A stretch of 63,773 nt of DNA, filler included, from Globobulimina sp. (lineage: Eukaryota): assembly GCA_003354225.1 (NCBI GenBank). It is 30 parts of 30 records of this genome, joined end to end, with 100 filler letters (N's around TTAATTAATTAA, not from the genome) between each part and the next. Parts side by side here need not be neighbours in the genome. Positions count along the whole stretch, not along the records: positions 61,747 to 63,773 come from PIVH01009629.1; 29 more parts are not named here. One strand, written 5' to 3'. Below, in pieces: positions 61,747-63,773 of this stretch. Position numbers and translations under genes: made by a program. Within the stretch, counting starts at the first letter, position 1. The number at the start of each line of letters is the position of its first letter. The notes beneath the pieces are model-generated. The model searched no databases. It was not told the origin of the DNA and saw nothing but the letters and a program-made list of their open reading frames with translations.

Positions 61747-62775
61747 TCTGTAATGGAAAGTATCAGAAATGAAGTAGAAATTTGTGATAATTTGCAAGGA
61801 TTCAATACCTTCCATTCGATTTGTGGTGGAGTTGGTGGTGGATTGGGCACATTGATGTTGCTAAAGATCCGCGACAATTATCCCGGTCGCAGCAGCTTTA
61901 CTTATACAGTATTCCCGTCGCAAACCGCTTGCGGTAATATATCAGCACCATTTGAAATATATAACAGTATATTATCATTTTATCAATTAATGTATAATGC
62001 AGACCTAACTTTTCAAATTGATAATGCAGTGATATTAAATATTTGTAAAACAAGATGTGGTCTAAATAATGCGACATACGATGATGTCAATTGGATAATT
62101 GCGTTAATATTAAGTGGTTGTACAGCATCGTTTAGATTTAATACGGAGCCGATGGTAATGACAAATATGGATCGAATGTTTAAATATCATACTTGCTTTC
62201 CGCGACTTCACTTTTTATCCACTGCAAATTCGCCATATTTTATGTTGGAAAATATGAATGATGGAAATAAAAAGTATAACTACAATGATAATGTGGATGA
62301 GATAAGTAACAATTCATTGGATATGGATATTGCTTCTGGCGTAGAGTTGGAGGATGGTAAAATTTTGAGTTATAGTATGTGTTATCGATCTGATAATAAA
62401 ATAGCAATTGATAAAATGAATGAATATAATGTCAATTTTAAACAAAAATTTGGGGATAGTTTTATAAAATGGATGCCAACGCCATCTGCGTCATGTTATG
62501 TATTGGATAATAATGAATGTTATAAGAAATATACGGCATTGTTGATAACATCAGTTATCAATACAACTGCAATTACGAACAGAATAAATTGGTTATCAAC
62601 TGAATATGCAAAAGTGTTTAGAAGAAAAGCGTTTTTGCATTGGTATAAAGGAGAGGGGATGGATGAAATGGAGTTTTCCGAAGCAAAACACAATGTAATT
62701 GAGCTAATGGATGAATATCGAGAGAAGGAGAATGTTGTATTGCAAGATGAGGATGATGGCAAAGACGATGAATAA
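61747..62775 (+). CDS. Highly divergent beta-tubulin, 5' truncated
   Basis: EVEICDNLQGF, YNSILS, IDN, TASFRF, FPRLHF, FRRKAFLHWYKGEGMDEMEFSEA; GGGTGSG is altered to CGGVGGG. Confidence 0.92.
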   Translation, partial: SVMESIRNEVEICDNLQGFNTFHSICGGVGGGLGTLMLLKIRDNYPGRSSFTYTVFPSQTACGNISAPFEIYNSILSFYQLMYNADLTFQIDNAVILNICKTRCGLNNATYDDVNWIIALILSGCTASFRFNTEPMVMTNMDRMFKYHTCFPRLHFLSTANSPYFMLENMNDGNKKYNYNDNVDEISNNSLDMDIASGVELEDGKILSYSMCYRSDNKIAIDKMNEYNVNFKQKFGDSFIKWMPTPSASCYVLDNNECYKKYTALLITSVINTTAITNRINWLSTEYAKVFRRKAFLHWYKGEGMDEMEFSEAKHNVIELMDEYREKENVVLQDEDDGKDDE

Positions 62776-62819
62776 TTAATGTTCGAAAACCAATCTTGAT
62801 TTCCTTTAGATTCCATTAT

Positions 62820-63773
62820 TCACAATGTCATGTGAGGCAAATTGTACATTTTAATGGCATTGTTGGAACATATTTGCAATATTTGCTCAGTGTCCTCAAT
62901 AGCTTTTACACCACCCACAGTCTCTGCAATCAACGGAATATATCCACTGTGACTTGTCCCTCGATAAGGCCTTGGTGTCATAAATGGCGAATCAGTTTCT
63001 AGTAAAGTCCTATCCAACGGCACCATCTTAACAAGCTGTCGATTATGCTGAGCAGAATCAAAAGTTATTACACCCGTAAATCCGATGAATAAGTTAGGAA
63101 ATGCATTTAACATAATATCCGCCATTTGTATTGAATCCGTAAAACAATGTAAATGAATATTTTGATTTTTATCACAATACTTCTGCATAATAGCAATTGT
63201 ATCTTTTTCTGCTTTACGCGAATGAACAACCAATGGCAAATTCAGATCTCTGGATATATTTATTTGATCGATAAACACTTGTTTTTGAGTTTCAGCATCA
63301 ACAAACATTCTGTAATAATCCAAACCACATTCACCAACACCAACCACTCTTTTATTTACTGATTTATATTATATAAAACAACAAACAATAATTAGAAGTT
63401 TCCATCAATTTCACATTCAAAGGTAACTGTTTGATGTAAGTGCATTGATGGTTTGCTGTCGGAACTGCAGTGTCCATTGCTTGGAATAATGCGGATGACA
63501 TCCAAATGTGACGAATAATTTTTCATAGGTTGCATGATGTGAATAATCATTGAGCATTGCCGATATTTGCTTTAGTGACGAAACAGAGCAACAGTTTGTA
63601 ATACATCCACCGAAATTTCCGAAACAATTTTGTTCCACAAACTTTGGAAATTGATTAATATGGTAACCAGATTTGTTGCTATTTTTTAATTTTGGTAATG
63701 TTTTCTCCAAATGACAATGTGTATCGAAATACTTTGTTTTGAGGTTATGAGTGTAAAGATGTTTCATGGCCAT
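62820..63773 (-). CDS. tatD: TatD-family DNase, 1 intron
   Basis: FDTHCHL, GCHPH, GVGECGLDY, VVHSR, LHCF, LLETDSPF. Confidence 0.95.

Overview
This window is not one locus. It is 30 unrelated contigs of 2,027-2,030 bp, sorted by decreasing length and joined by a 100-nt linker (N44-TTAATTAATTAA-N44, stops in all six frames). Most contigs come from an AT-rich eukaryote with short GT-AG introns (mostly about 50-80 nt). The gene content (very divergent beta-tubulin, 7TM-RGS proteins, PT-repeat surface proteins, REJ, SPRY and jacalin proteins, KAP3, SQR) suggests a foraminiferan (Rhizaria); this is an inference. Several contigs look chimeric, with bacterial or phage pieces (rplY-pth, an NrdC.11-like nucleotidyltransferase) fused to eukaryotic DNA, as expected from whole-genome amplification. 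Most notable: (1) contig 36206-38234 is a gene-dense, intronless, virus-like fragment in which four start codons share an RAGTCAAT box 63-72 nt upstream plus a TATA(C)AAA box, with a perfect 13-bp hairpin between convergent genes; (2) a DIRS/Ngaro-type tyrosine-recombinase retroelement whose recombinase gene appears to start in an ATGA overlap and carry a 46-nt intron; (3) a dispersed tRNA-derived element lacking an acceptor stem; (4) a TA-CAG-TA Tc1/mariner-type footprint frameshifting a PHB depolymerase; (5) a short module that recurs in unrelated proteins. All calls come from reading the sequence; no searches were run.
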